NCBI RefSeq assembly: GCF_963921235.1
Contig: NC_086108.1
Span: 40,054,001-40,118,000, forward strand
Reading direction: 5' to 3'
Length of the DNA stretch: 64,000 bases
Source of the DNA: Mobula hypostoma
Lineage: Eukaryota
Part shown: in pieces, positions 49,101 through 62,760 of the stretch
Layout of the letters: every line of letters begins with the position of its first letter
How positions within the stretch are numbered: position 1 is the stretch's first letter
Program-made: the position numbers and the translations under genes
Notes under the pieces: model-generated
Databases searched by the model: none
What the model was told of the DNA's origin: nothing
Seen by the model: the letters and a program-made list of their open reading frames with translations, nothing else

Positions 49101-50275
49101 CTATCTGCTCTGGCACTCTGGTTCCCATCCCCCTGTAAATCTAATTTAAACCCTCCCCAATAGCACTAACAAACCTCCCTGCGAGGATATTGGTCCCCTT
49201 GTGGTTCAGTTGTAACCCGTCTCTCTTGTACAGGTCCCACCTGCCCCAGAAGAGGTCTCAATGATCCTGAAATCTGGAACCCTGCCCCCATACCAGTCCA
49301 TCAGCCACGTGTTCATCCGCCAGAGCATCCTATTCTTACCCTCACTGGCAGTGGCACAGGTAGCAATCCTGAGATTACCACCCTCGAGGTCCTGCTTTTT
49401 AACTTCCTACCAAGCTCTCTATACTCACTCTCCAGGACCTCCTCACTCTTTCTTCCTACGTCATTGGTACTGATGTGTACCATGACATCTGGCTGATCAC
49501 CCTCCCACTTCAGAATGCTGTGCACGCTATCAGAGACATCCTTGACCCTGGCACCCGGGAGACAACAAACCATCCGGGAGTCTCTGTCACGACCACAGAA
49601 CCTCCTATCTGTACCTTTAACTATCGAGTCCCCTATCACTACCGCAACCAAACTCAGTGTCAGAGATCTGGCTGCTGCAGCTTGTCCCAGGTAATTCATC
49701 ACCCCCCCCCACCCCCAGCAGTATCCAAATCGGTATACTTGTTGTTGAGGGGAATGGCCACAGGGTAACCCTGCTCTGCCTGCCCTTTCCCCTTCCCTCG
49801 CCTGACGGTAACCCAATTACCTGTGGGCTGCTCCTTTGGTGTAACTACCTCCCTGAAGCTACTATCTATAAGCACCTCATTCTCCCGAATGATCCGGAGG
49901 TCATCCAGCTCCTGCGGTTTGTTAGGAGCTGCAGCTGGATGCACTTCTTGCAGGTGTCGTTGTCAGGGACACCGGAGGGCTCCCTGACTTCCCACATCCT
50001 GCAAGAGGAGCATTCCAACATCCTGCCTGGCATTCTCTCTACTCTAAACAAACAAAACAAAACTTATCGAAAACCTACCTTCACCTCTGCCTATTCATGC
50101 TGAAGCCTGTTGAGCCAAGGCCATCCCACTCTGCTCCCTCTCACTCCGCTGCCCGCTCTGAATGCTGCCCACTGTATATGGTGGTCTTTTTTTTTTAAAC
50201 CTTTGGCGCTCCACGTCACGTGCCTGCGCAGTCTAGCCTCTTTTCCCCGAGCAGTGTAAAAAAAAAAGACTTCTC
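46140..50275 (-). mobile_element. Near full-length CR1 LINE (5' UTR, ORF1 zinc finger plus esterase, ORF2 APE-RT, 3' UTR), frameshifted
   Basis: ORF1: CSSCRMWE..TCKKCIQLQLL and VIGDSIVKG..CCLPGARVKDV..HISTND. ORF2: [46 protein letters not shown] and the C-terminal KGEKFKGNMGGGFFTQRVV. Confidence 0.95.
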
Positions 50276-50827
50276 TCTGAGATTCCTTTACTCCTTCATT
50301 CTCAGCCTCTTGCTCTGACTTAAAAAAGACCGGATGCTGGAAATGGTTTTCATCTGGGCTAAGGTGCGAGTTCGTTGGTTTAAAAAAATAATTATTCCAT
50401 CTTCTGCCAATCCAACTTATTTTAGGCACACAAAGGCATTAAAGGTCACATCTTCATCTTCAAACTGAAATGTCTCAGCAACTGATGAGAAGATGAGGGG
50501 GCAAATCAAGCGTTAAGGGGAAAAGAAGAGTTGAGGAATGAACCTCTGAGCATGATCTTTGTGCCCTCTGTTATTGAAGTCTGTCACTTGAGAATAAATC
50601 TTGGGAAATCCATTTCTACAGTGTGGATGGGGAACTACAAATTCAGCTTTCTGTGCATTCTCATGTTCAGCTCATGAATTTTCTTTGATAGGCTGTGGTC
50701 ATCTTACTGCCTGTTGACTTTGGGAGCTACCTTAAGCCGAATACATCTGGCACTGCCCATTTAATGTGATGGTTGCCTGCTTTACTTTTGCCAGCTTTTG
50801 CTGTCCATTAACTTCCTTCAAAAGCTG

Positions 50828-50967
50828 ACCGGTGGTATAGTGGTATGCACACCAGACTTCCAGGCAAGTGGTCCCAGGTTCAAGTCCGGCCGGCTCCTTG
50901 TACGTTTTCCATTTGTGCTGGGTTGAGTGTCAAGTGAGCAACTAAACCTCGTGGAAAACAGACAAAT
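50828..50967 (+). mobile_element. tRNA-derived SINE head
   Basis: A box tggtatagtgg and B box ggttcaagtcc, followed by a non-tRNA body and cut by the next CR1. Confidence 0.7.
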
Positions 50968-52336
50968 GTTAACTTCAGTGGTTGGTAAGTTGATGGAAAA
51001 GACCCTGAGAGACAGGATTTATGAACATTTGGAGAGGCATAATATGTTTAGGAATCGTCAGCATGGCTTTGTCAAAGGTAGGTCATGCCTTATGAACCAG
51101 ATTGAATTTTTTGAGGATGTGACTAAACACATTGATGAAAGTAGAGGAGTAGATGTAGTGTATATGGATTTCAGCAAGGCATTTGATAAGGTACCCAATG
51201 AAAGATTTATTGAGAAAATAAGGAGGCGTGGGATCCAAAGGGACCTTGCTTTGTGGATCCAGAATTGGCTTTCCCACAGAAGGCAAAGAGTGGTTGTAGA
51301 CGGGTCATATTCTGCATGTAGGTCAGTGACCAGTGGTGTGCCTCAGGGATCTGTTCTGGGACCTTCTCTTCGTGGTTTTTACAAATGACCTGAATGAGGA
51401 AGTGGAGGGATGGGTTAGTAAATTTGCTGATGACACAAAGGTTGGGGGTGTTGTGGTTCATGTGGAGGGCTATCAGAGGTTACAGCAGGACATCAATAGG
51501 ATGCAAAACTGGGCTGAGAAGTAGCAGATGGAGTTCAACCCAGATAAGTGTGAGGTGATTCATTCTGGTAGGTCAAATATGATGGCAGAATATAGTATTA
51601 ATGGTAAGACTCTTGGCAGTGTGGACGATCAGAGGGATCTTGGGGTCCGAGTCCGTAGGACATTCAAAGCTGCTGCGCAGGTTGAGTCTGTGGTTAAGAA
51701 GACATATGGTGCATTGGCCTTCATCAATCGTGGGATTGAGCTTAAGAGTCAAGAGGTAATGTTACAGCTTTATAGGACTCTGGTCAGACCCCACTTGGAG
51801 TACTGTGCTCAGCTCTGGTCACCTCACTACAGGAAGGATGTGGAAACTATAGAAAGGGTGCACAGGAGATTTACAAGGATGTTGCCTGGATTAGGGAGCA
51901 TGCCTTATGAGAATAGGTGGAGTGAACTCTGACTTTTCTCTTTGGAGTGACGGAGGGGGTTGAGATGTGACCAGATAGAGGTGTACAAGATGATGAGAGG
52001 CATTGATCGTGTGGATAGTCAGAGGCTTTCTCCCAGGGCAGAAATGGGTAACACGAGAGGGCACAGTTTTAAGGTGCTTGGAAGTAGGTGCAGAGGAGAT
52101 GTCAAGGGTAAGTTTTTTTACTCAGAGAGCGGTGAGTGCGTGGAATGGGCTGCCAGTGACGGTGGTGGAGGTGGATACGATAGGGTCTTTAAAGAGACTT
52201 CTGGATAGGTACATGGAGCTTAGAAAAACAGATGGCTATGGGCAACCCTAGGTAATTTCTAAAGTAAGTACATGTTCAGCACAGCATTGTGGGCTGAAGG
52301 ACCTGTATTGTGCTGTAGGTTTTCTATTTTTCTATG
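50968..52336 (+). mobile_element. 5'-truncated CR1 LINE (RT to tail), same subfamily as CR1 A
   Basis: LTSVVGKLMEKTLRDRIYEHLERH...SKFADDTKVGG...RPHLEYCAQLWSP with tail tttctatttttctatg. Confidence 0.93.
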
Positions 52337-53184
52337 AAGTGGTATGGTTGCCGCCCGATGTGCCACAAGGTTCAGAAAGGAACGACAACAACTTCTTTCA
52401 AAGCTGGTGTTCATCCTCATGATGACTGAGTGAATAGATGAGTGAGGTGAATAAACTGTTTGTAACAATATTATTTTACTGATTGGGGAATGTATTGTGG
52501 AGACACACTGTGCAGTGTGAACATATCCATATAGCAGAAAATACCAGCAATAATATTGGCATGGATCAATTATTCCAAATTTGTCTTGTTATTTATGCAA
52601 CACAGCTTCCAACTTTCGTTGTCTTTGAGAGCCACTGAAAGAGCATGTTTTCTTCCGTGAACTCTTCCTGGAATACTTGTTAAGGTTTTTTTATTTCCCA
52701 GAACGTTAGATTGGGGATTGCTGGGCGGTGCAGGTCAAAGCGCTGATAGGGCCTATTCCGCTTTGTATCGCTAAATAATATAAACCTTCTGTGTAATGGG
52801 TACCACAGTCCTACTGATACACATCACGTGGTCTTTATAATGAGGCACTTCTGTGGTGTATTTTTAAGATTTGTTTTAGTTTGTAAAAGGCTTTCAACAA
52901 AAAAAAATCTACATATCTGACAGCCATTAGTCAGGGTTTGAAGCAGAAGATGACTGTGAATTCTGAGTCTTCAACAGCAAAAAATGCTCGACATATATTT
53001 ACGAAGAACATCTAGGGAACTGGAATGAACACAGTGGGTGGCATCTCTATTTCTCCGTGCACTAATTGGACGGCCTCACACTGGAAGCCACCGTGGTATT
53101 TGCTGGTATGGAGGTGAGAAGTAGGAACACCCTGCTTTGCAGCAGTAGTCCTCCCAAACTCTGTGTGAACAGTAGCTGGAACTG

Positions 53185-53185
<1 letters not shown>

Positions 53186-53222
<37 letters not shown>

Positions 53223-54661
53223 TCGTGTTTGTGAGAGAGAGAGAGAGGTGTGCGTGAGAGAGAGAGATCGTGTGTATGAGAGAGAGAGAGGTGTGCGTGA
53301 GAGAGAGAGATCGTGTGTATGAGAGAGAGAGATGGTGTGTGTGTGTGTGAGAGAGGTGTGTGTGTGAGAGAAAATGGTGTGTGAGAGAGCGAGATGCTGT
53401 CTGTGTGTATGTGAGAGAGATCGTGTGTGTGTGAGAGAGATCGTGTGTGTGAGAGAGAGATCATGTGTATGAGAGAGAGAGAGAAAAATGGTGAGTGTGT
53501 GTGTGTGAGAGAGATGGTGTGTGTGAGAGAGAGATGGTGAGAGAGAGAGAGAGAGAGAGATGGTGTGTGTGTGAGAGAGAGATGGTGAGAGAGAGAGATG
53601 CTGTGTGTGTGTGAGAGAGAGAGATCGTGTGTGTGAGAGAGATGTGTGTGAGAGAGATCGTGTGTATGTGTGAGAGAGAGAGAGAGAGATGGTGTGTGTG
53701 TGTGAGAGAGAGAGATGGTGTGTGTGTGTGAGAGAGAGAGAGATGGTGTGTGTGTGAGAGAGATGGTGTGTGTGTGTGTGAGAGAGAGAGGTGTGTGTGT
53801 GTGAGAGAGAGATGCTGTGTCTGTGTGTGTGTGTGTGAGAGAGAGAGAGATGGTGTGTGTGTGTGAGAGAGATGGTGTCTGCATGTGTATGAGAGAGAGA
53901 TGGTGTGTGTGAGAGAGATTGTGTGTGAGAGAGAGATGGTGTGTGCGTGTGTGAGAGAGAGATGGTGTGTGTGTGTGAGAGAGAGAGATGGTGTGTGTGT
54001 GTGAGAGAGAGAGAGATGGTGTGTGTGTGTGTGAGAGAGAGAGGTGTGTGTGTGTGAGAGAGAGATGCTGTGTCTGTGTGTGTGTGTGTGAGGGAGAGAG
54101 ATGGTGTGTGTGTGTGTGAGAGAGATGGTGTCTGCATGTGTATGAGAGAGAGATGGTGTGTGTGAGAGAGAGAGATCGTGTGTGTGAGAGAGATGTGTGT
54201 GAGAGAGATCGTGTGTATGTGTGAGAGAGAGAGAGATGGTGTGTGTGTGTGAGAGAGAGAGATGGTGTGTGTGTGTGAGAGAGAGAGAGATGGTGTGTGT
54301 GTGAGAGAGATGGTGTGTGTGTGTGTGAGAGAGAGAGGTGTGTGTGTGTGAGAGAGGGATGCTGTGTCTGTGTGTGTGTGTGTGAGAGAGAGAGAGATGG
54401 TGTGTGTGTGTGAGAGAGATGGTGTCTGCATGTGTATGAGAGAGAGATGGTGTGTGTGAGAGAGATTGTGTGTGAGAGAGAGATGGTGTGTGCGTGTGAG
54501 AGAGAGAGATGGTGTGTGTGTGAGAGAGAGAGAGATGGTGTGTGTGTGTGAGAGAGAGAGAGATGGTGTGTGTGTGAGAGAGATGGTGTGTGTGTGTGAG
54601 AGAGATGGTGTGTGTGTGTGAGAGAGAGAGGTGTGTGTGTGTGAGAGAGAGATGCTGTGTC

Positions 54662-54692
<31 letters not shown>

Positions 54693-55132
54693 TGGTGTGT
54701 GTGTGTGTGAGAGAGATGGTGTCTGCATGTGTATGAGAGAGAGATGGTGTGTGTGAGAGAGATTGTGTGTGAGAGAGAGATGGCGTGTGCGTGTGTGAGA
54801 GAGAGATGGCGTGTGCGTGTGTGAGAGAGAGATGGTGTGTGAGTGTGTGTGTGTGAGCGAGAGGGTTTGTGTGTTGTGTGTATGTGTGTAAGAGAGAGAA
54901 GAGGTGTGTGTGTGTCTGTGAGAGAGAGAAGAGGTGTGTGTGTGTCTGTGAGAGAGAGAAGAGGTGTGTGTCTGTGAGAGAGATGGTGTGTGTGTGTGAG
55001 AGAGAAAGGCGAGAAAGAGAGAGGTATGTGTGTGAGAGAGAGATGGTGTGTGTGTGTGGGTGTGTGTTTGTGTGTGTGAGAGAGAGAGATGGTGTGTGTG
55101 GGTGTGTGTGTGTGTGTATATGTGTGTGTGTG
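53186..55132. repeat. Compound (GT)n(GA)m satellite with higher-order repeats
   Basis: Units of about 20-30 bp of the form atg(gt)n(ga)m. Rare variant words recur at about 250-295 and about 550 bp spacing. Confidence 0.95.
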
Positions 55133-55669
55133 GGGGGGCAGGTTGGGGGCTCTACATTTACCTCAACTGGGGTATTTTTAAATAGGCAGATGGAGAGTAT
55201 ACGACAAGCAACCCAGACCAATCAGCCCATCTGCTCTGTGCTGCTGTTTTCAACCCTCATACCTCAGCTCATTGCCTTTATGTTACTGTACATGGATGGA
55301 CAGCTTGTCTTTCTCAAGTACCGACTAAGCTCTTTTAGAGCCACGCAAAACCACCACCCAGGCACTGTATGCCATGAAAAGAAACACTTCTGTTTCTTTG
55401 CTTACTGAGGATCACTGCACCTCTGCTTTACAAAAATGTGAACTCACCGGTGCACTGACTAATAGGAGCATAACCTGCTTTCCATTGTAGTCGAGGGAAT
55501 ATAAAGATTGTGAGAAGGAATTGTTCAAAAGACATTAATCAAAATTTAATGTAAGTTGGGCTAACTGTGGCAGAAATGTTGTGATGGCAGAGAGTGAAAG
55601 GAAGGGGAATTTCCCAATATAAATTTTACACTCCACTCCCCTCTCAATAAATGATAACGTTTTACTCAC

Positions 55670-56000
55670 CTTTTGTGAATCATGTACGAGGACACCCAGG
55701 CCTCTCTTCATCTCTAGGCTCTGCAATAATGAATTCCAGCTGACAGCGTGAAACCAGACTAATTTGACCACCAAGGGAATTCAGGTGTGGGAGATGCTCC
55801 TTTGCAAAGATTCTGAGCGTTCAGCACAGGCTCAGTGAAAGAAATATCTTCTCATCTCTGTCATGAATGTCCAACTCCATCTTCTAAGACCTTGACACCA
55901 AGGCTTTAGGCCCCACAGCCAAACCAGACATCGGTCCTGCATCTACCCTATCAACGCCAGAAAGTATTTTGCCTGTGTTACTGAAATCACCCAGGTTATT
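55670..56000 (-). mobile_element. Highly degraded CR1 fragment
   Basis: gaatcatgtacgaggacacccagg and gtgaaagaaatatcttctcatctctgtcatgaatg resemble the CR1 C-terminal region. Confidence 0.5.
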
Positions 56001-59000
56001 GTAAAGGACCTGCTCTTTATTCACAACATTCACAGCCTTGGGGCATCCCTAAGAACGGTGCAGTTAATGACATATTTTTGAAGGACAGGACGGGTACGGA
56101 GCCAAATTTCATTCATCACTACATTTGTCCCTGGTGACAGGGTTTGGGAATTTAGGAATTGGATTGTTAAAGTGAATAAATGGCAGTTAATCGCAGACAC
56201 TGAGTTCCAACGTCAAAAGCACAGCACAGTATCTCATTTATAGCAGCTAACAGGAGCCAACTGAGTACATGTTTCAACTCCTGTTCGGCTCTCCAAGTAT
56301 TAGCAATGCTGAAAAAGTGCTGATGTAAACTAATCCTATCTTTCTGGTGAGCTCCCAAAATTCACAGGCAGCAGATGCAACTTTTGACTTTGGCTTTCCT
56401 ATCCTAATAAATTGTGGCTGCGGTACAATCAAAGTTGGGAATTACCAAAGAAAAATTTAACTGCAGCCAGCCTGAATACTTCCTTTACACTTCACATCCT
56501 CAAATTGCTGGCACAAGCTCCTGGATCTCCTGCTCAAAAACACCATGGAGCATCTTCGTCACACAACTATTCCAGCAGAAGAAACTTCCTCAGGGGCAAG
56601 GGGAAGGGCGAATAATGTCACTTGGACCACTGTTGCCCACTTCCTGAAAGTTCATTTTTATAGCTGCAGGATCAATGCATTCAGTCTTAAGAGTATATCG
56701 TTTTGTGATGGATGATCGGATGCTTTCTCTTTGAAGGGAATCTGCCTTTCTTTTGCATTATTCTTGTGTTCAGCGTTGCTTGTGCAACAATACAGTGGAA
56801 AAGTACGACTGTATTACAAAACTAGAAAAGAGCTACATCAAAAATAGGCTTGCATTTAGAGTATCTCCTGTTTTGAAGAACATTACATCAGATCCCAAAG
56901 TCAGTTGTTGGATCAATGATCGGTTGATGAAGTTTGAGGAAGGATTATTGGATAGTTGCCACCAGAATGGCTGCCACTGTGCAAAAGAACCCCTATCTAT
57001 CCAAGTAATGTGTCAGTGTGGTTGGATGGAGCCTTGTTTGGATTTCTCTCAGAGGCAACTCCTCACACTGTACCTCCGAAGTACAACACATGCTATGTAC
57101 TGTGTCTTTCGCCAATGGCCTTTGACTGAAGATAAAAATGCTGCTGGCAAGAACAAAAGTAAGATACAAATGTGGAAGATGCTATGCAGCAGTTTTGAAC
57201 TAGATTTTTCAGAGGAATGGCACAAGAAAAAAAATGGATGAAATAATTCCGTTCTCATTTTTTTATTATTAGGAAGCTGAACTTCAGTGACATCATCTGG
57301 GGATTTGTGCACAAAAATAAGCATAATTACCTTAACTGAAACAAGAATAATAGGGTTTCAAAATACACCTTCGCCTGACAGAAATAAACCAGCATTTGGG
57401 AAGCACTTCAAAGTAATTTAGCAGACTGTTAAGATGACTTAATTCACACATTTCCACTAATTACCACTGCGATCCAGTGAATGTCACCAATAGCAATTTT
57501 CCTCCACTAAGAGATAAAACAGGCGGAGAATTGATATCCCCATCTCCTTGATGTAGGCTTGTGTATCCTTTATGTTGAGTTATTAAGAGAATGAAACTCA
57601 AGTGCACAAATGAGATGTTCCCTTGGCATTTTGATTTGTATCCTTTTTTTCAATATTGATTACAAGTAGCACAAAAGAAAACTCATTCTGAAAGCTTATC
57701 TTAATATATCAGCTTCAATGAATTACCTGTCACACTGAGGCTTGTGTCTGGCTATTTTTTGCAGCTATCTACATTAATGCTTCTGATTTTTCTTTTAAAA
57801 AAGGACAGAAAAAAGTGGGAGAGCATCGCTGGATTCTCAAACACATGTTTCCTGCTCTGTCTGTTTCTCTGCACTATGACTAATTAATACGTAAATCATG
57901 GGTGCTTGTCGTGGATGGTCTATACATGTCCTATACACATCAAAGCAAAGCTTTTCCCCGATATCAAGGAAATAAAATGTCACCTGAAAGGTTGAAATGC
58001 AAACAAATTAAAAACAACTGCTGGTTGCATCCCTGGACCACTGAGAGGAAGTCACCAGGGCAACTAGTGACTGTATACCCGAGCCTTTCAAAATATGCCG
58101 GACGAGGTATAAGCTGCTTTGATCAAACTGGCACTATTGTAGCTTGTACAGAAGAAACCGGGGCCCATGAGTCAACTAATGGCAAATAAATTGCTACGCC
58201 TGCCGCCTTCTCCCAGTGACAGATTTACTGAACCCGGATAAAGTGGGATCTACAGATCGGAAAAACAGAGCTGTTGGAGTGTAAGTGCCGGGAGCTGTGG
58301 GAGACACCTGCCTCCCAGAAAGCTAACCCATAGACGAAGAATTCAAATAATTTTAAAAGGATCATAAGGGTTGTTACATATCAATTCCTGGAATGTCACC
58401 TATTTTTGAGAAAAGCATGATATTTGTGGCGATTTCCTCTAAATGCCTGCCCACTGGCTCATAACAAGGCAATACCACAAACACAGAAATCTGGCCCATC
58501 CATGTTGGATGTCAAATCCATCAAACTGTGATCACACAGAGCACAGAAAATGTAAAGTCTGTTGCTGCTTAGAACTGTGATCCCAAGTGTAAGAGGAGAA
58601 CACATATTTCGGGAGCTGAACCTGGTGTCAGGCTAATATCACCAACAACTAAAGTGAATCAAAATGAGATTTTGGAAAATTTGCTTAAACAATTATAACA
58701 TTCAAAATGCTGATTTAATGGAAGAAAATATGAATTGAAATAGTTAACCCTAAATTTGAGGCACAATATTACTATATTTTAATGCACGTGATAATTTTAA
58801 AACATTTCTTCAGTATTAACCATTTCTGTTCAGTGAATTTTGTTTAATAAGTGAATGAGGTGCAACACTGTGGCCAGTTAATTATAATAGTCCAGAAATG
58901 AGAATATTAAATAGTGAAATTTTAAAAAATCCTCTGTGATTGGAATTTCTGGTGTTTGTTAAGTTCTATAAGGCAAAGCAGAAAGTCGATAAGAGTTGGG

Positions 59001-60504
59001 ATAATGGGGGAGTGGTTAAATGTGAGGGATGTGATGTGCAGTCACAGGACACCACCAAGACAAGGATCATGCGTGCTCTAACTAATTGACAGAATAAAGT
59101 CTGGAAGTTGAATGGCTTGTTCCTGTTACCCTCTCTGTTAGAGATTAAAAGAGAAATTAGAGGCGAATTCTTACACTTATATAGCCCCTTAATAATAGGA
59201 ACAAATCCCAAGGCATTCACAATTAAAAGGGTAAAATACTTTTCATAAAATACACATCATCCAGTGTTTGCCATCTTCAGTGTTTGCATGGCATTAGTTT
59301 GATGAAGTTTAATTCATCATCAGCTTTCCAGTCAATGTGAGCCAGCTTCTCTGTAATTGACATGAATTTCTGGTTTGATTTCACAAACTATTCCCAAGAG
59401 CTTTTGCAGGACCGTCTCACTGTTCTGCCCATGGTGACTTATAAGCCCGTTTATTCTTGTTCTTGTTTGTTCATCCACCTTGGCCAAAAGATTACCTTGT
59501 GATCCCATGATCTAGGACAGAGCAGAACAATGTTTATAGTAAATGAAAGATATGCTTGGGACTTCACAAACATTTTGGAAACATTTCATGTCAATACGAT
59601 ATTTAGAGTATATACATTATGGAAATTCAATTGTCCTTCTCTAATTTTCTATGCTTCTTTTTACTGCTCTTCCAAGGTGCTGTGGGAGAAGAATTCCTGT
59701 CCTCTCTCAGCAGATGGTTTGTTTAATCGCGTAGCAAAGCCACTGGTGATTAGTTATCAGACAACTGGGTTTAATAAGGACATTTCTAACCATCATCTAC
59801 CCTGGGATAGGGTCAGTCATGTACACTCCGACTGATATCTTGCCTCACCCAATCAGATGAACAGGAGTTCTGCTTTGGTACAACTATCACAACATGAGAT
59901 GAATTAGATCATGAATTAACACACAAATAGACTAGAGTGATTATAAGATAGGATCTGTCGAATTAGCCTGGTCCAGTATCAAAATACAAAACTGATGCAT
60001 AATCAGATGAGCATTCTTTCACTTTTTTATATATCTTGAATTTCACTGGGAATTTTCATAATATTCTACCATAGTGTTACCAGGTGTCCAGCAGAACCTA
60101 TCAGAAAATTTTAACGAGGAGTGCACAGGTACATTGGGTGTATATACAGTACAGTATGAAGTTGCTAGTAATTGTTTAAAGACTGGGGGTAATAAGGTAA
60201 GACAAGGATAGTAACCTCATTGACTGAGAACTGCCACTTCATCAGTTCTAAGGAAGAGGATGTTGTATACTAAGCAATATGTATTTGAACCTGGAAGTTA
60301 TACATGTAGTTCTTGTGAGGAAAATTTCTCTTGCTAAATTAAAGATGTATTTTTGGATTGGTCCCTTGTGCAAAGTGCTGATAGAATAGAATAGAATTCT
60401 GGCATCTTTACTCTCCCCATTTCCACCTCCCTGACTCCACTCCCAGCTCCCATTCACGATTTCTAGCTCAGGTCTGTCCAAGTATATCCTTTTCACATAA
60501 AGTA

Positions 60505-60750
60505 ATCAGATCAGAATCAGGTTTAGTATCATGGGCATATGTTGTGAAATTTGTTGTCTTTGCAGCAGCACTACAATGCAATATATAATAATAGAAAAAA
60601 ATCTGTGAATTATGTAGTAGGTATATCTATATTAAATTGTTAAATAAGTAATGCAAACACAGAAATAAAAAAAAGTAGTGATGGGTTCAATGTCCATTCA
60701 GGAATCGGCTGGCAGAGGGGAAGAAGCTGTTCCTGAATTACTGAGTGTGA
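60505..60750 (-). mobile_element. Rex1-type LINE 3' tail
   Basis: atcagaatcaggtttagtatc...ggcagaggggaagaagctgttcctgaa is homologous to 23370-23600. Confidence 0.75.
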
Positions 60751-60754
60751 GTAT

Positions 60755-62760
60755 TCAATGGCTGCCCAATCAATCCACTCTCAATTATCAGCAAAGTTGT
60801 GGACAGTGAGATCCAACAGTGCAATTTGGCAGGTATAACTCACTGGAGCCGAATTTAAGATTTACCAGGACCACTCATTTCAAACCTGATGACAGCCTTG
60901 GTCAAAATAACTGAATTCCAGAGCAGAGGTATGAGTGATTGGCTGTGATATCAAAGCAGGCTATGATCAAGTGTACTAGTCCTGATGTGGGCTCTTGGCC
61001 CAAAACATCAATTGCTTCTTCATTTTCATAGATGCTGAGTTCCTCCAGCATTTTGTGTGTGTGGCATCAAAGGGATCTGGTAAAAATAAATTCAGTGGTC
61101 AATGAAACACTTCAGTGGTAAGAGTGGAATGTATGATGGAAAATGTTTCTGTTTGTTGGAGATTAAACTTCATGGCTTCACTGCAGGAATTCTTTATGGC
61201 AATGTTCTTGGCCCAACTGTATCTAGATGCTTCATCAGTGACCTTCAGTTTATAATTCCTCAGCATATTGTTACGTACCCCGTAACTGGGTTGCCAAACC
61301 AGCAGAAATGGATCACTCAGTTGGAGTCTGGATTACTAGAACTAAGAAAGTTTTATTAAAGAAACAAGCAACACAGTACTCTAATCAAACGGATAATAAA
61401 TGCAACAGTTCAGCAATGATAAACACACGTACACAGAATTAGGATAACAGGATCAATCAAGCTCTATCGTCGTCTAGGGGTAAATGACCAGTTTCAAAGT
61501 GACGCAAAGTTCAGTTCAATTGAATTCAGTTCAGTTCGCAGTAATCACTGCCATGGGAGATGGACGGTGGGGGGGAAGGAGAGAGAGAGCAAAACAAATG
61601 AATATTCAAACGGTTTCCACACAGACCTTCGCTATTCTTCGCAGTCAGCTTTCGGGTGAGCCCTTTGTGATGTCTTCTGAGGTCACCGACCGTGACTCCT
61701 CCGTTTCCAGATATGATCGTTTCTTTGCGGTGAACCTGGCACCCAGGCAAGGGCGGACACACACCAGGTTCCCGCTGATCGTGCCTTTCCACCCTGTGCG
61801 TCTATGGCTTGTCCCGCGACCAGCCTTCCAAAACTTCCCACCGACTTATGGGAGGCGCACCGCTTCCAGGGTCTCGTTACCTCGTGGTGTTGTGTGTGTC
61901 TTGCCTTAGCGAACCTGTCCCTTTTTATCCCCCTGCTGGGGCATCACCTGTCCATCACTTCAAACAGTTCAGGGTTCAAAGGGGGAGCCGATCTTGACAG
62001 CTCTCCTTCCGTTAAACTCTCCCATCCCTTCATTAACATCTCCAAATGCTGCTCCATTGTTTTCCTTATCTCTCTTTCTCTTGAAGACAGGTGGCAGACC
62101 AACTGCTGATTCCACTGGTGCCAGCACAGGCCAGCTAACATCTTAATCTATGTGTATTCTCGTCACAATATGAAGCAGTCCGAGGTAACATTTGGGCTGA
62201 TAAATGGCAATTAACATTTGTGCCATAAAAATGAAAGATGGAAAACATCTACAAAAAGAGAAATTCTAACCACTTACCCTTGATATTCAGTGGCACCTCC
62301 CTTCCTAAGCTCGCCAACATTAAAATCTTGAGGGTCACTATTGACCAGGAACTCAACTGGACCATAAGCGCCATACCCAAAAAAGTAGGCCCGAAACTGG
62401 AAATGATGCGGTGAGTGGCTCAATGCTTGACACCCCAAGAGCTTCCCAGAGCGAAGTGCTCTCAACTGGTGAGATAAATGCAAATCTAATAACACTTAAG
62501 AAGCTCCCATAACGTAGGACAAAACAACCTGCTTGATTCATACTCCTGCAGGCTTCCCTCCAACTTGCACACCATCCTGATTTGGAAGGATAGTCTCTTC
62601 CATCATTGCTGGCTTTGTACCCTGGAACTCCCTATCCAACAGTACTATGAAATTACCTTCAAGAGAAGGATTGGAGCGATTCAGGAAGATGGCCCAGCAG
62701 TGCCTTCTTAAGGGCAATTAGATGGTGATAAATGGTGGGTTTGCTGATGAAGCCCATCAA
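60755..62760 (+). mobile_element. Ancient CR1-type LINE, interrupted by a Penelope mini insertion (about 60978-61060) and a solo LTR
   Basis: Degraded RT-like DNA (gttcttggcccaact..tgcttcatcagtgacctt, gggctgataaatggcaattaacattt) and tail ccttcttaagggcaattag. Confidence 0.6.
61269..62167 (-). mobile_element. Solo LTR (899 bp), Gypsy- or ERV1-type
   Basis: TGTTACG...CGTCACA inverted termini, 4-bp TSD ATAT (61265-61268, 62168-62171) and minus-strand AATAAA near 61352-61357. Confidence 0.85.

Noticed and set aside
50828..50905. Possible tRNA gene
   Set aside because: A and B boxes are present, but the cloverleaf is imperfect, there is no adjacent terminator and the sequence continues into a SINE-like body.
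53012..55408. Long ORFs of 179-586 aa rich in H/T/S/L or C/V/E/R
   Set aside because: They are translations of the dinucleotide satellite, which lacks stop codons.
56753..57241. 162-aa cysteine-rich ORF in non-repeat DNA
   Set aside because: No recognisable domain, a non-ATG start and no supporting neighbouring exons. It cannot be called without expression data.
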